64,000 bases of DNA from Mustelus asterias (taxonomy: Eukaryota), in assembly GCF_964213995.1 (NCBI RefSeq), contig NW_027590122.1:1116001-1180000 (forward strand), in the 5' to 3' direction. Every line of letters begins with the position of its first letter. Position 1 is the first letter of the stretch. Of the stretch, positions 1 to 12,179 are shown one piece after another. The notes under the pieces were generated by a model, which saw only the letters and a program-made list of their open reading frames with translations, did not search any database and was not told the origin of the DNA. The translations under genes and the position numbers were made by a program.

Positions 1-210
1 GCGAGATTCGCAAGAAGAGAGTCATACTCAAACACAAGCATACATGCACAGACACAGACAGAGTCTCCCACTTCCAGCCATCTCCCTCTGTTGGACCCTC
101 TCTTTATTTCAAGCAAACACACACACACGCACACAGACACACTCTTTCATTTCAAGGCGCGGTACCTCAACAAACGTCCCTCTGAAAGTAAAGTTATCCC
201 ACATCTACAG

Positions 211-917
211 TGTTGTAGGTAAAATAATCCCTCTGAGACTAGTCGTAGAGTCAACGTACAGTGGGTTTTTTGCACAATTGTGGAAGAGGTCCTCCCGAAC
301 ACGGTCTCAGACTTCTTACTGAATTCAGGTCAAGAGCAAACATTTGTACATATATTTCCGCCCCTGGTCACGTCCTCATCTTCCCACGATTATTGCTGTC
401 TCAGCAAGTTCCGTCTTTCCCGTGTAACCGTGCCCATCCTCAAAGCTGCGAATGTCTGTTTTGTCGCCACCTGTGCGTTGTTTATCCATCACACAAGACT
501 ATAAGTTTGCATAAACAGGGTAACTAAGATACAGGAGCGTATATAGCAATTTATATCAGTATAAATAGGATAGATGAATAGCATATAATCAATACATATG
601 AATCTATTGTGATACAATGACAGAAGGCATACATGTCAGCTCCACCGTGTTAAACAAAGGTACATAATAGAAAGGAACATAAAATGGAGTCTGCTTCGCT
701 AATTCTGCTCAGCCACATTCCTGATACGCAATTAGCTGGGAACAGGAAGGACAGCTGTCTCTCTTATCTGGTTTGGATACATGAAAACAAGTTCCACAGA
801 CATGAAAACACCGAGCCCTAACGTAAACATTAGCTCCACAGTATTTCTCACAAAATTGCAGAGTTCATGTCTCAATGCTTCAGTGTTACAAAGTTCATTA
901 ACCCATTCCCGTATTCA
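211..917 (-). repeat. ERV 3' LTR
   Basis: Direct repeat of 10299-11005 (about 9 mismatches in the first ~120 nt by eye); tgttg...ttca termini; adjacent to PPT. Confidence 0.95.
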
Positions 918-926
918 CTCTCCCCT
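918..926 (-). promoter_or_regulatory. Polypurine tract
   Basis: Minus strand AGGGGAGAG immediately before the TGAA start of the 3' LTR. Confidence 0.75.
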
Positions 927-968
927 GTTGGTCGGGCCCCATGGTCCAAACATGGCCCCATGACCAAT

Positions 969-2542
969 TCAGAACCATATGTTACCAGCGAATGGGCCTA
1001 CCTCCTTTGTCAGGTGGTCTGCCCCCTCTGCCTGTACACTTGTGCCCGGCATAATCCGCGCTGTTCCTATTTTGCAACAGGTGTTCAACAATGCCATACA
1101 AACATAGCAGGTAATTACAATTACAATTAATACAATCAATCCATGCATCAGCTATGCACACCACGACCCAAACCATTGCCCCAGCCATCCCGGAGGGTTA
1201 TAATTGTGATATTGGTTCCCCTCATCCTGCATTGTTTTCGCCACGCGTTTAATGTGATCTGCCAAGCGAGTTATATTCTCCGAAGCATCTGGAGCATACG
1301 TACAGCATTTGGAGCCAACTATAGCACATGTTCCTCCTCGGGAGGCGAGCACATAATCGAGTGCCAATCGGTTCTGTAACGCCACAGTCCGAATAGCTAC
1401 GACCTCTGCTGATATTTCAGAGACAACCGTGCTCACCTCCTCGAACCCATCTTTAGTCTTATTTGCAATTCTCTCTAGGGTCGAGGCCATCCGTATCAGT
1501 TCCTGTGCAGCCTTTGCCGTCCCATAAAGTAGGTAGGCTATCATGAAGAACCGTTCTGTCTCACTAATGGCTCGCTTAGCCCTAAGCAGGTGTATCTCGG
1601 GGTGGTCCCGTAAGTCAGTGTAATGGTGAATATAAGGCATCACATATGCCAAATAGCACGATCCTGCCCAATTCCAGGGAATGATGTGGAGATGCCGGCG
1701 TTGGACTGGGGTAAACACAGTAAGAAGTTTAACAACACCAGGTTAAAGTCCAACAGGTTTATTTGGTACCAAATAAACCTGTTGGACTTTAACCTGGTGT
1801 TGTTAAACTTCTTACGGCAATTCCAGGGAAGCCATGGATAGGCATTGCTTCCACAGACAAAATAGGTACCATTATATGCAGTCATCCTGCTCACATAAGC
1901 GGAGGAGAGGCTAACCGGGACGGTGGCTGTGGGGCACTGGATTGTGACCTGTACCATGGCCCAAGCGTCATTCATGATACCAATCTCTTGTATATAGTAG
2001 CGACGGCCAACAGGTATCGTTCCATTTCTTGTCAGGCAGGTAGATCCCCTTTGTTGATTTTTCACAACGAAGTAGGGTGGGGATCCTGATTTGTCGTAGC
2101 TGGGTTGGTAATATTTCTTAAAGGTCGATAAAGTGCACCCTCCGCCCCCTAGCCCTAAAACAACATCACTGTTGCTGATATTAAACGCGTCCTGCATGGT
2201 GGTACCCGATGGGGTTTTAAATGTCAGTTTCCTTTTCCATTCCTGGCTTCCATTCTGATTTAAAATACATTCTATTATTTCCAGAGCTGATAAACGGATA
2301 GGGAATAAAGGAATTCCTCCCTTTCCTCCGTGAGTGGAAATATGTGAACAGACCCAACACTTGCTCAGATTCGATTGTGATGCATACAGATAAGACATAT
2401 ACACAAAGGTGTTCATACAATAGACAGAGTCATCATTACAAAGATGATCACTGTGCTTTACCCCTAAATCCTCATAATTCCATCTATTCTTTCCCGCTAT
2501 GGCTAACAGGGCCAGGGTCGTGAGAAGCAGCGTGAAAAGCAT
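969..2542 (-). pseudogene. env: Retroviral envelope (gamma-type TM), disrupted
   Basis: Signal peptide MLFTLLLTTLALLAIAG; CWVC; furin site RAKR; ISD LQNRLALDYVL; CX6CC (CAIVGSKCC). In-frame TAG at 1152-1154 precedes the TM helix LMHGLIVLIVIVITCYVCMALL; frame also broken by a 149-bp insertion plus duplication. Confidence 0.93.
1682..1817. mobile_element. Penelope-like element terminal fragment forming a perfect 96-bp palindrome (1720-1815)
   Basis: Arms match the 3' end of the GIY-YIG element at ~46095-46143; 13-bp duplication caattccagggaa at 1669-1681 and 1818-1830. Confidence 0.85.
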
Positions 2543-2709
2543 CTTGTCACTTACTATTAACCCGTGCGACCGTTATACAACTTCCCGCGAACCCGTTCAG
2601 CTTGCTTGGAGGTCAGTCGTTGTCTGTACATATCTGCAATGGGAGTATATCACATATTTTCCCAATTAGTTTCAGCATATTCTTTCAACAGAGTTTAATG
2701 TTTCCATAT

Positions 2710-5700
2710 TTAAACTATTAAATCGGGGGGAGGGTGCAGGGGTAAGGGGAATTACAAAATCGAAGGTAAAGGAGAGAGTACAAGTGCAGGTTAATGTTGA
2801 GGACATTCAACTAGTTAAAGGAGTAGAGGGCTCGGGAGATGTTAGTAGCGTTTCAACAAACCGGGTCCAGATAAATGCTGGCATAAAGACACTTTGCCTG
2901 AATGCACGAAGCATTCGAAACAAAGTAAATGAGTTGATGGCACAAATCCATACAAATGAGTATGATCTAGTGGCCATCACAGAAACGTGGTTGCAGGGTG
3001 ACCGGGACTGGGATCTGAATATCCACAGGTATCAGACATTTAGGAAGGATAGAGAGGTAGAAAAAGGAGGTGGGGTAGCTCTGTTAATAAAGGATAATAT
3101 CAGGACGGTAGTGAGAGATGACATAGGCTCGAAGGAGCAAAACATGGAATCGTTGTAGGTGGAGATAAGGAATAGTAGGGGGGAAAAGACACTGGTAGGC
3201 GTGGTCTATAGGCCCCCAAATAATAGCTTAGAGGTGGGAAGGGCTACAAACAAGCAAATAATGGATGCGCGCAAAAACGGAATGGCAATAATCATGGGGG
3301 ATTTTAACCTGCACATTGGTTGGTCGACTCAAATTGGACATGGAGTGCTTGATGAAGAGTTCTTAGAATGCTGTCGGGATAGTTTCATTGAACAGTATGT
3401 TACAGAACCTACGAGAGAGCGAGTTATCTTAGGCATGGTACTGTGTAATGAGACAGGTAGAATTAAGGATCTTCTGGCGAGGGATCCTCTTGGGTTGAGT
3501 GATCATAATATGGTTGAATTTCTGATACAGATGGAGGGTGAGAAAGTAGGGTCCCAAACCAGTGTCCTCTGCTTGAACAGAGGGGAGTACGATAAGATGG
3601 GGGCGGAATTGGCTAATGTAGACTGGGCGAGCAGACTGGTAGGTAGGACAGCTGAGGAACAGTGGAGGATTTTTAAGGAGATTTTTTTAAGTACTCAGCA
3701 AAAATATATTCCGGTGATAAAGAAGGACTGTAAGAAAAGGGATAACCAGACATGGATAACGAAGGAAATAAAGGAGAGTGTTCAAATGAAAACAGATGCG
3801 TACAGAGTGGCAAAAATAGTGGAGAATTAGTGGATTGGGAAAGCTTTAAAAAAACAACAAAGAACGACTAAGAAAGCGATGAAGAAAGGAAAGATAGATT
3901 ATGAAACTAAACTAGCTCAAAATATAAAAAAAGATAGTAAAAGTTTTTAGAAATATATAAAAAGGAATAGAGTGGCTAGAGTGAATGTTGGAACCTTGGA
4001 GGACGAGAGGGGGGATTTAATAGTGGAAAACGAGGAAAGGGCTGAGACTTTAAATAAGTTCTTTGTGTCGGTCTTCACGGTGGAAGACACAAATAGTTTA
4101 CCGAATATTAGAGATCGAGAGGGAGGTGAGGTCCTTAATGGTGGGAGGTGAGGTCCTTAATGTGATTACTGCTACTAAAGAGGGAGTGCTTGGTAGACAA
4201 ATGGGACTGAAGGTAGACAAGTCCCCGGGCCCGGATGAAATGCATCCCAGGGTACTGAAAGAAATGGCTGAGGTAATAGCAGATGAGTTAGTAATTATTT
4301 ATCAAAATTCGCTGGACTCTGGGGTAGTGCCGGCTGATCAGAAAACAGCTACTGTTACGCCGCCATTTAAAAAAGGAAGTAGACAAAAGGCGGGTAACTA
4401 CAAGCCGGTTAGCTCGACGTCCGTAGTTGGGAAGATGCTGGAGTCCATCATTAAAGAGGAAATAGCAGAGCACCTGGATAAGAATGGTTCAATCAAGCAG
4501 ACGCAGCATGGATTCATGAAGGGAAAGTCGTGTTTGATGAATTTACTGGATTTTTATGTAGAGGGGAACCGGTGGATGTGGTGTTTTTTGATTTCCAGAA
4601 GGCATTCGATAAGGTGCCTCACAAAAGGTTGCTGGAGAAGATTGGGGTACACGGAGTTGGGGGTAAGATGTTGGCGTGGATTGGGGATTGGCTATCTAAC
4701 AGGAAGCAGAGAGTTGGAATAAATGGGTGCTTTTCTGGTTGGCAGTTGGTGACGAGTGGCGTGCCGCAGGGATCGGTGTTGGGGCCTCAAATGTTTACCA
4801 TTTACATAGATGATCTGGAGGAGGGGACTGAGTGTCGGGTATCAAAGTTTGCTGATGACACGAAAATGAGTGGGAAAGCGGAAAGTCTGCAAAGAGATTT
4901 GTATAGGCTGAGCGAGTGGGCGAGGATCTGGCAGATGGAATATAAGTTGGCAAATGTGAGGTTATCCACTTTGGGAGAAATAATAGTAAATTGGAATATT
5001 ATTTAAATGGAGAAAAATTACATCATGCTACTGTGCAGAGGGACCTGGGGGTCCTTGTGCACGAATCGCAAAATCTCAGTCTGCAGGTGCAGCAGGTGAT
5101 CAAGAAGGCGAATGGAATGTTGGCCTTTATCTCGAGGGGGATAGAATATAAAAGCAGGGAGGTCTTGTTGCAACTGTACAAGGCACTGGTGAGGCCGCAA
5201 CTGGAGTACTGTGTGCAGTTTTGGTCCCCTTATTTGGGAAAGGATATATTGGCCTTGGAGGGAGTGCAGAAAAGGTTCACCAGGTTGATACCGGAGATGA
5301 GGGGTGTAGTTTATGAGGAGAGATTGAACAGATTTGGTCTGTACTCGTTGGAGTTTAGAAGGCTGAGGGGTGATCTTATAGAGACCTATAAGATAATGAA
5401 GGGGCTGGATAGGGTAGAGGTAGAGAGATTCTTTCCACTTAGAAGGGAAACCAGAACGAGAGGGCACAGCCTCAAAATAAATGGGGGTCGGTTCAGAACA
5501 GAGTTGAGGGGGTACTTCGTCTCTCAGAGGGTAGTGAATCTCTGGAATTCTCTGCCCACTGAAGTGGTGGAGGCTACCTCGTTGAATAAGTTTAAATCAC
5601 GGGTAGATAAATTTCTGATCGATAAGGGAATTAAGGGATATGGGGAGCAGGCGGGTAAGTGGAACTGATTCGCTTCAGATCAGCCATGATCTTGTTGACT

Positions 5701-5764
5701 GGGGGGGGGGGCAGACTCGAGGGGCTAGATGGCCTACTCCCGCTCCTATTTCTTATGTTCTTAT
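2710..5764 (+). mobile_element. CR1 LINE, ORF2 (APE + RT) with stops and frameshifts, inserted in the ERV integrase tail
   Basis: APE motifs CLNARSIRNK, AITETWL, GVVYRPPN, MGDFN, SDHN; RT GVPQGSVLGP and FADD; ttcttatgttcttat tail; ERV text GI/WKH resumes on both sides. Confidence 0.95.
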
Positions 5765-5766
5765 AT

Positions 5767-6194
5767 ACCTTTCCCTCTTATGTCTATAAGGCACAGGTGA
5801 CTCCACTAATTATAACTTCATATGGCCAATTCCATTTTGGTGCAAACCCTGGTTTGTCAGGTAGTGCTTTCACTCGGACGTCGCACTGTTGGGACGTCAG
5901 GGAGCATTTCAAGCTCTCTCTCTCTGCGTCTCTTATTTCCTGATTGTCTTTTACCAATTTGCGCATCCCTTTTAGTTGGGTGCTTAGTTCCAAAACATAT
6001 CTCCTGATTTTATCTTTGAGCGGACCTACATCAGTCCCACCTGTTACGATGTTTTCTGGTAATTGCATCACCCGTCCTGTCATTAGTTCATAAGGGGTTA
6101 ATCCGGTTGTCCGGTTTGTGGTTAGTATGGTGAGCAATACCTTTGTCCACATTTTTCCCAATGTCTGTATGGCTTTAGCTAGTGCATTATACAT
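5767..6194 (-). pseudogene. pol: Integrase C-terminal remnant
   Basis: TTGLTPYELMTGR and GPY/F-like FAPKWNWPYEVI; last codons lie at ~2650-2709 beyond the CR1. Confidence 0.8.
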
Positions 6195-7843
6195 TTTATT
6201 ACATGTCCCCCTTCCATAGAAAGCTCAGTTTGAATCAAATTACACTTTGCACTGGCTGCAGCTGGACACCCATTCATTTGTATATAATCCTATCAAAAGA
6301 CATCGCTTTCTCCATTAAAATCACATGCCATACAGCTCTGAGTTTTATGTGATGTATTCTTACATTCGATTTAATTTGATAATTTGGTTGGGCGTAAGCA
6401 TTATAGTACTTCACAAAGTACCACTAAAACACCAACATTTAGCTTGGAATAAATAGCCTTTTCTCCTACAGAATTATGTTTTATCAATACACAATATATA
6501 CCATAACACTAGTTAAGGCTTTTCAGGATTTGATTTTATTCTCGGGTCTATATGGCAGTGCTTATACTGTATAATAATCGAGCGGCAGTTGTATCATGCC
6601 ACTTTACATATCATAACAGTGATATCCAAACCCTTTTAATTTAAATCGTGTCTATTTTTAAACTGAGTTCCAGATTAAAATCCCTGCATTTTTAGAAAAA
6701 TAACAGGCACAATACATATAACAATAACAATAGTTAATTGATTATAAATGTTTTGGTTTGATTTTTAACTGGCTAGGCTTTAAGCTCTGCAGTGTTTTTA
6801 TATTTGGAAAACCTTGAACAATAGATGGCACACGAAATTCTAACGGCAGTTTATAATTTTAACCAGTTGCAGAATACTAAACTATCAGACGTTCGTAAAT
6901 CACTTTATTCTGTGGATCTTAATACTGTATTCTAACTGGGCAATGTGTATTGGTATTGGTCTCCAGAAGTTAGTACTGTAGTCAGGTTTTCCTCTGGATG
7001 GGCTAGCCAGAACTATCGTCAATGTCAGATGATGTAATTTGTTGCACGTTAACGAAACAACATCATACAAGCCTTGCATTTCATATTGGTCCAAATGTTA
7101 TTTAGAACTAACTGGCAACACAAGTTCCAACAGTTCATGGTGTTCAATGGTTGGCAACAAATGCAGATTAAAAATACTCAATGACAACATATTTATCTGC
7201 ATTTACAACTGAGGTTTTAATTAATTAATCTCCGCTGGAACTTGGAGTAATCAGAACTACGATTCATTTCACTAACTTGATATACTTTAAACTGACGCAT
7301 AGACAATATATTCACCTCATTCTTTTGTTCCTGCTTTTCCACTTCTCCACAAATTTACTTATTTTCTTCTCTCAACTAACTCTTTTATAATTTCAACTTC
7401 AAGTCAAAGGAAAGAGCGCATGGCCCTTCCAAGGTTTAACTCCTTCCTTAACATTAAAGCATTAAAGCAAACAACAACAAAACAGCCACTTTGTTAAATA
7501 TGGATACACGTGGAAGCTTCCAACATTCATTCAAACTTAACATCTTAAACTGGGATGAAAGTAAAACAATTGAGAATACAGAACGTTGATTAACAGTCGC
7601 TTTTATTCTTCTGTCTTCCAAACTGTAGTTAAATTCAAAACAGAAGTAAATTCAAGAAATCTTATCACTTTAATCTCTCACAGTTTTAGCACTTCCCCGA
7701 AAATAATTTATTAAACTCGCACACAGAGAAGCAAGTCACTTTGATCTGCTATACACTATTCCATCACATGAGGCTCTCGATTGCACAATTACAACCTCTC
7801 TGTCTCACTCTGTGCCACACAGAATCTTACAGTTTGTTTCCTT

Positions 7844-8680
7844 TTAACCCTTTACTCCCCTCTTTGGTCGATCACGCTTCAAGCTAACCAAGTTAACCTG
7901 ATTTGAGTCCCTTCTGTCTTTGCAGCGGCACTGGCGCTGGTGTCTTATATTCATCGGGGCAATGACGGCTACCTTAGATTTCTGGTAATTATCTACACTG
8001 GGTCGATTCCAACAATCCTCCTCCTGTTCATCCGTATCGGTACTGTGCAACAACATTAGCAAGCCAGATGCTTCCGGTTTTTTATCTTTCCTTTGCAGTC
8101 TTTCCTGTTCTGCTCTATCTCTTTTGTCCTTCTCATACTTCTCACATTCCCATTTCAACATTACCCAAGTCTTAGGGTTTTCCTCATTATCACATACATT
8201 GATCCCTCTTCTGCGTGCATTCTTCCCGCCTCTTAACTGTTTTGTTGTGGTAATTCTGCTCCAGTAAGTGGGAGCATTCCCTCTGAGTCTCTGTTTTAAA
8301 CTGGGTGAAGTGTTTATAATTTGCTTTTGGCTGCGCATCTGTTCCCCTTCGGGGTATCGGCGCTAAGTTGTGTTCTAGCACTTCCTACTCCTCTGGAGGA
8401 GCGGTTGGCCCCTGTTGTATGGACTGATTAGGAGGTAGAGGAGCAGTTTCCCCTCTCCATTGCTGGTCTTTTAATACGTGGTTTTGTTTCTCTTGTTCCC
8501 TTCTTCTGGATTCTAACTCTCTAATCTTTTCTTTATCTTGCTCAATTAGTCCAGCTAACTGATGTATTAAGAATACTCCTATCTTCTTTGTCTTGTTTCT
8601 CTTTAGTAGGCAGGGGTGTTCTGTCCGTTAATTCCTTTCACATAGATCATTTTATTCGTTTTGGGTAAGGGTAGGTCAGT
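7844..8680 (-). pseudogene. Second, diverged and shortened gag-like segment
   Basis: KTKKIGVFLIHQLAGLIE and GNAPTYWSRITTTKQ match TQKIGALLVQ*LAGIIE and GNAPTNWSRITHIK in the upstream gag. Confidence 0.65.
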
Positions 8681-8734
8681 GATAGATATGGAGGCTCCCC
8701 TACTAGTGCAGACACGTAGATTCTACCCTCCTTC

Positions 8735-9781
8735 TTACCCTAACTCACGGGGGCCCCTTATTGCCCCTCTGCATCGCCCCCCCCCCCTTATTGCAAAACT
8801 GGCAGGCAGGGACCTTCCTTCTACCTCCCTTCGGAGCCCCACAGACTCTGGCAAAGTGACCCGGTTTCCCACAATTATAGCACACACCCTTTGGTTTAGC
8901 TCCTTCACTGTTTGCACTGACATTTTCCTCTTTTATTTGTGGGTATGGTTTCTCATCTGGTCCGTCTCTAATTCCAGATGCCCATTCTACTAATTCATTA
9001 TAAGTCTGGGTATTGAGAACTCCCATTTTAAGGATTTTTTGGTGAGCTGGCGACAGCCCATCTTTAAATGCTTGTAAAAAGGCTCTCTCTGTTCGGGCAG
9101 TTTCAGGCATCCCCGAACATTCGTGGTATACTCGAAAGAGTCGCTCCCCAAATTCAGAGGCTCCTTCACCCCTTTAATGTTTAATATGGGTAATTCTGGA
9201 CCAGTTTGTTGGTGCGTTACCCGCTCCGTAACTCAGTCTCCACTTATCCTGTGGGCAAGCGGCCCGTAGCAACTGGTGTATATCCTGCAAATGTAAATGG
9301 AGCCTCCCCAGGGATGCCAAAACATGTTGTCTTTCTCCTGGGGTGAAGGGTTTGTTTCGGGCAGTGGGACTCTGTAATGTCCCGCCCCGAGTTATGGGAG
9401 CGAGAAGATGGACCTATTCCTCATGGGGGTCTCCCACTGGTGCCGTGGGTTGTACGACCGGCCCATAGGGAGGCAAGGATCCCCAGCCGGGGTCCTCTAA
9501 ACATTAGTTTCCCTTCTCTAATTCTCTTTTCGCTTTGTCATCAGCCCATTTCATACACAAGACTGCGACCTATTCAATTATTCCGGCCAATTATTGAACT
9601 AAGAGAGCTCCAATTTTCTGAGTTCTGTCTTTCTTTTCCTTTTTCAACCATTTTCGTTGTTGGTCTAGTGGGTGGTCTAAATCCCACCCCCCTTTGTTCA
9701 TCTGTTTAATGACTTTGTCCCTCTTAGTCATATATTCGTTTATCAGGGACCCCGGGGCCCCCATTGTCCTTGTCCCGCCAT
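8735..9781 (-). pseudogene. gag: ERV gag, degenerate
   Basis: Zinc knuckle CYNCGKPGHFARVC; capsid C-terminal AFLQAFKDGLSP; downstream of the PBS; several stops. Confidence 0.85.
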
Positions 9782-10278
9782 AACATCGATAAGTTTATAC
9801 TCACCACCTGGAGTCTTCTATTCTCCTTTCTCACTCTCCCTCTCCTAGGTTGCTCTTATCTGAGTTGGGTGATACCTGTCAGGGGTGATCAGATCCCTCC
9901 GTACCACCACTTATACTATACTTTTATTAAGCCGGCTTTCACATGAAGGCTTTTCCTTCAACTCCAGCGATCACTCCGACAGTTTCTTTCTCACTCACGT
10001 CTGAACATCACACCTCAGGCAACTTTTTTCCAGACCCTAACACCCATTTCAAATCCTGTCCTCAGCGTGGGGGATTTCGTCTCTTAACATTCAGCCTAAG
10101 GCTGGGTGTTAGAGTCAATTGCCTCCTTGTCCGTATGTGCTCAGTTCAGACATCTTTCATTAGTTCAGACAGTCTCTCATCACAGATGATCATCCACTGT
10201 ACTTTGACCCACTGTATTAAATTCGGTAATCTATTCCGGTGTCCCGGTCGTGGCCATTCGACCGGACCCGTAATCAGA

Positions 10279-10296
10279 TCCCAGGTTTCGGCACCA
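10279..10296 (-). promoter_or_regulatory. Primer binding site, tRNA-Phe
   Basis: TGGTGCCGAAACCTGGGA, 2 nt after the 5' LTR; 17/18 match to the complement of the vertebrate tRNA-Phe 3' end. Confidence 0.9.
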
Positions 10297-10298
10297 AT

Positions 10299-11005
10299 TG
10301 TTGGAGGTAAAATAATACCTCTGAGACTAGTTTTAGAGTCAAAGTACAGTGGTTTATTTGCACAATTGTGGAAGAGGTCCTCCCTAACACGGTCTCAGAC
10401 TTCTAACTGAATTCAGGTCAAGAGCAAACATTTGTACATATATTTTCACCCCTGGTCACGTCCTTATCTTCCCATGACTATTGCTGTCTCGGCAAGTTCC
10501 ATCTTTCCCGTGTAACCGTGGCCATCCTCAAAGCTGCGAATATCTGTTTTGTCGCCACCTGTGCGTTGTTTATCCATCACACAAGATTATAAGTTTGCAC
10601 CAACAGGTTAAGTAAGATACAGGTGCCTATGTCGCAATTTATATCAGTAATAATAGTGTGGATGAACAGCATATAATGAATATATATGAATCTATTGTTA
10701 TACGATGACAGAAGGCATACATGTCAGCTCAACCGTGTTAAACAAAGGTACATAATAGAAAGGAACATAAAATGGAGTCTGCTTAGCTAATTCTGCTAAG
10801 CCACATTCCTGATACGCAATTAGCTGGGAACAGCAAGGACAGCTGTCTCTCTTATCTGGTTTGGATACATGAAAACAAATTCCACAGACATGAAAACACT
10901 GAGCCCTAACGTAAACATGAGCTCAACAGTGTTTCTCACAAAATCACAGAGTTCGTGTCTCAATGCTTAAGTGTTACAAAGTTCATTAACCCATTCCCAT
11001 CTTCA
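10299..11005 (-). repeat. ERV 5' LTR
   Basis: Direct repeat of 211-917; followed by the PBS on the minus strand. Confidence 0.95.
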
Positions 11006-12160
11006 TACAGGATCCCCATTGTCCACTTTAATTGGTGCATCTTCGAAGAATTCTAGCAAATTAGTCAAAATGATTTGCCCTTCGTAAAACAATGCTGACT
11101 CTAATGAATTGCTTTGTGGCATTCTAAATGTCCCGTTACTACAATCTTAATATTGGATTCTAACAATTTTCTAAAGACAGATCTCAAACTAGTAGGTGTC
11201 TAGTTTGATACCTTCTGCCTCCCTCTCTTTTTGAATATCGGCTTTATATTATCATTTATTCCAACCCACGGGAACATTTCACGCATCCAGGACATTTTGG
11301 ATTATTATAACCAATGTACCCACTATCCCCACTACCAGTTCCTTTAAGACAATAAGATATTAGCCATCTGGCTCTGGGAACTTGACTACCTTCAATCTCA
11401 ATTGTTCAATCAACACGTTTTCCCTATTGATCGTGATTGTTCGAAATCCCTTCCTTTCTATTACCTCTGCATTATCTGTTACTATTGTGATGGTACTCGT
11501 GTTGTCCAGCGTGAAAACTGAGGCAAAGTATCGATTAAGCATTTCCACCTTTTCTGTTCTCCCCACTGTTAACTCCCCAGTGGAATACTCCAAGTGTCCA
11601 GCAGTCACCTTAGCTCCACTCCTCACTTTTAGATACTTACAGATGCCTTTGCTACACGTTTTTTTTAACGCCGTGCGAGTTTTCTTTCACAATTTAACAT
11701 TGATCTTTTTCTTACTTTTTAGTAACCATTTGTTGATCTTTAAAAGTTCCTCAATCTTCCAGTCTGCCACTGGCCCTTGCAATATAGTATGCATTAGATA
11801 TTCTCCTTATGCTGTCTTTAACTTCCTTGCTTAGCCATGGATGTTTCTTCCCCTCTTACAATCTTTCTTCGTCTCACCAATGTATTTTAGCTGGGAGGAA
11901 TTGTTTGCCTCCTTCAGCATTTTCCACTGATCATCAACTGTCTTACCTTTCAGTCTGCTTGCCCAGTCCACTCGGGCCAATTCTGTCCTTATGCCTACGT
12001 AAATCCGTATGTTTAACACTAGAAGTCTAGTGTGGGACTTGAGTTTCTCGTCCTCACACTGAATTTGGAATTAAATCATGCTAAGATCATTCTTCGCTCG
12101 AGGATGCTTAACTATGAGATCATTAATTAATCCCTGCTCATTACACAATACCAAATCCGG
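11006..12160 (-). mobile_element. Old CR1 LINE ORF2 fragment (host of the ERV; continues at ~150-210)
   Basis: EMLNRYFASVFT...LKVVKFPEPDG and ELARVDWASRLKGK; RT text is continuous across the ERV junction. Confidence 0.8.
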
Positions 12161-12179
12161 AAGCTTCAGCTCTCTATAA

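Larger units (their letters stand above)
211..11005 (-). mobile_element. Defective endogenous retrovirus provirus (LTR-PBS-gag-gag-like-partial IN-env-PPT-LTR)
   Basis: Two 707-bp direct repeats with TG..CA ends; TACAG on both flanks (206-210 and 11006-11010); PBS, PPT, CCHC gag and env motifs between them. Confidence 0.95.

Noticed and set aside
982-1188. 68-aa Cys-rich ORF as a separate gene
   Set aside because: Alternate frame of the env TM region; the real TM continues in the env frame after the TAG
5018-5467. 149-aa antisense ORF, also at 54808-55257
   Set aside because: Antisense shadow of CR1 ORF2
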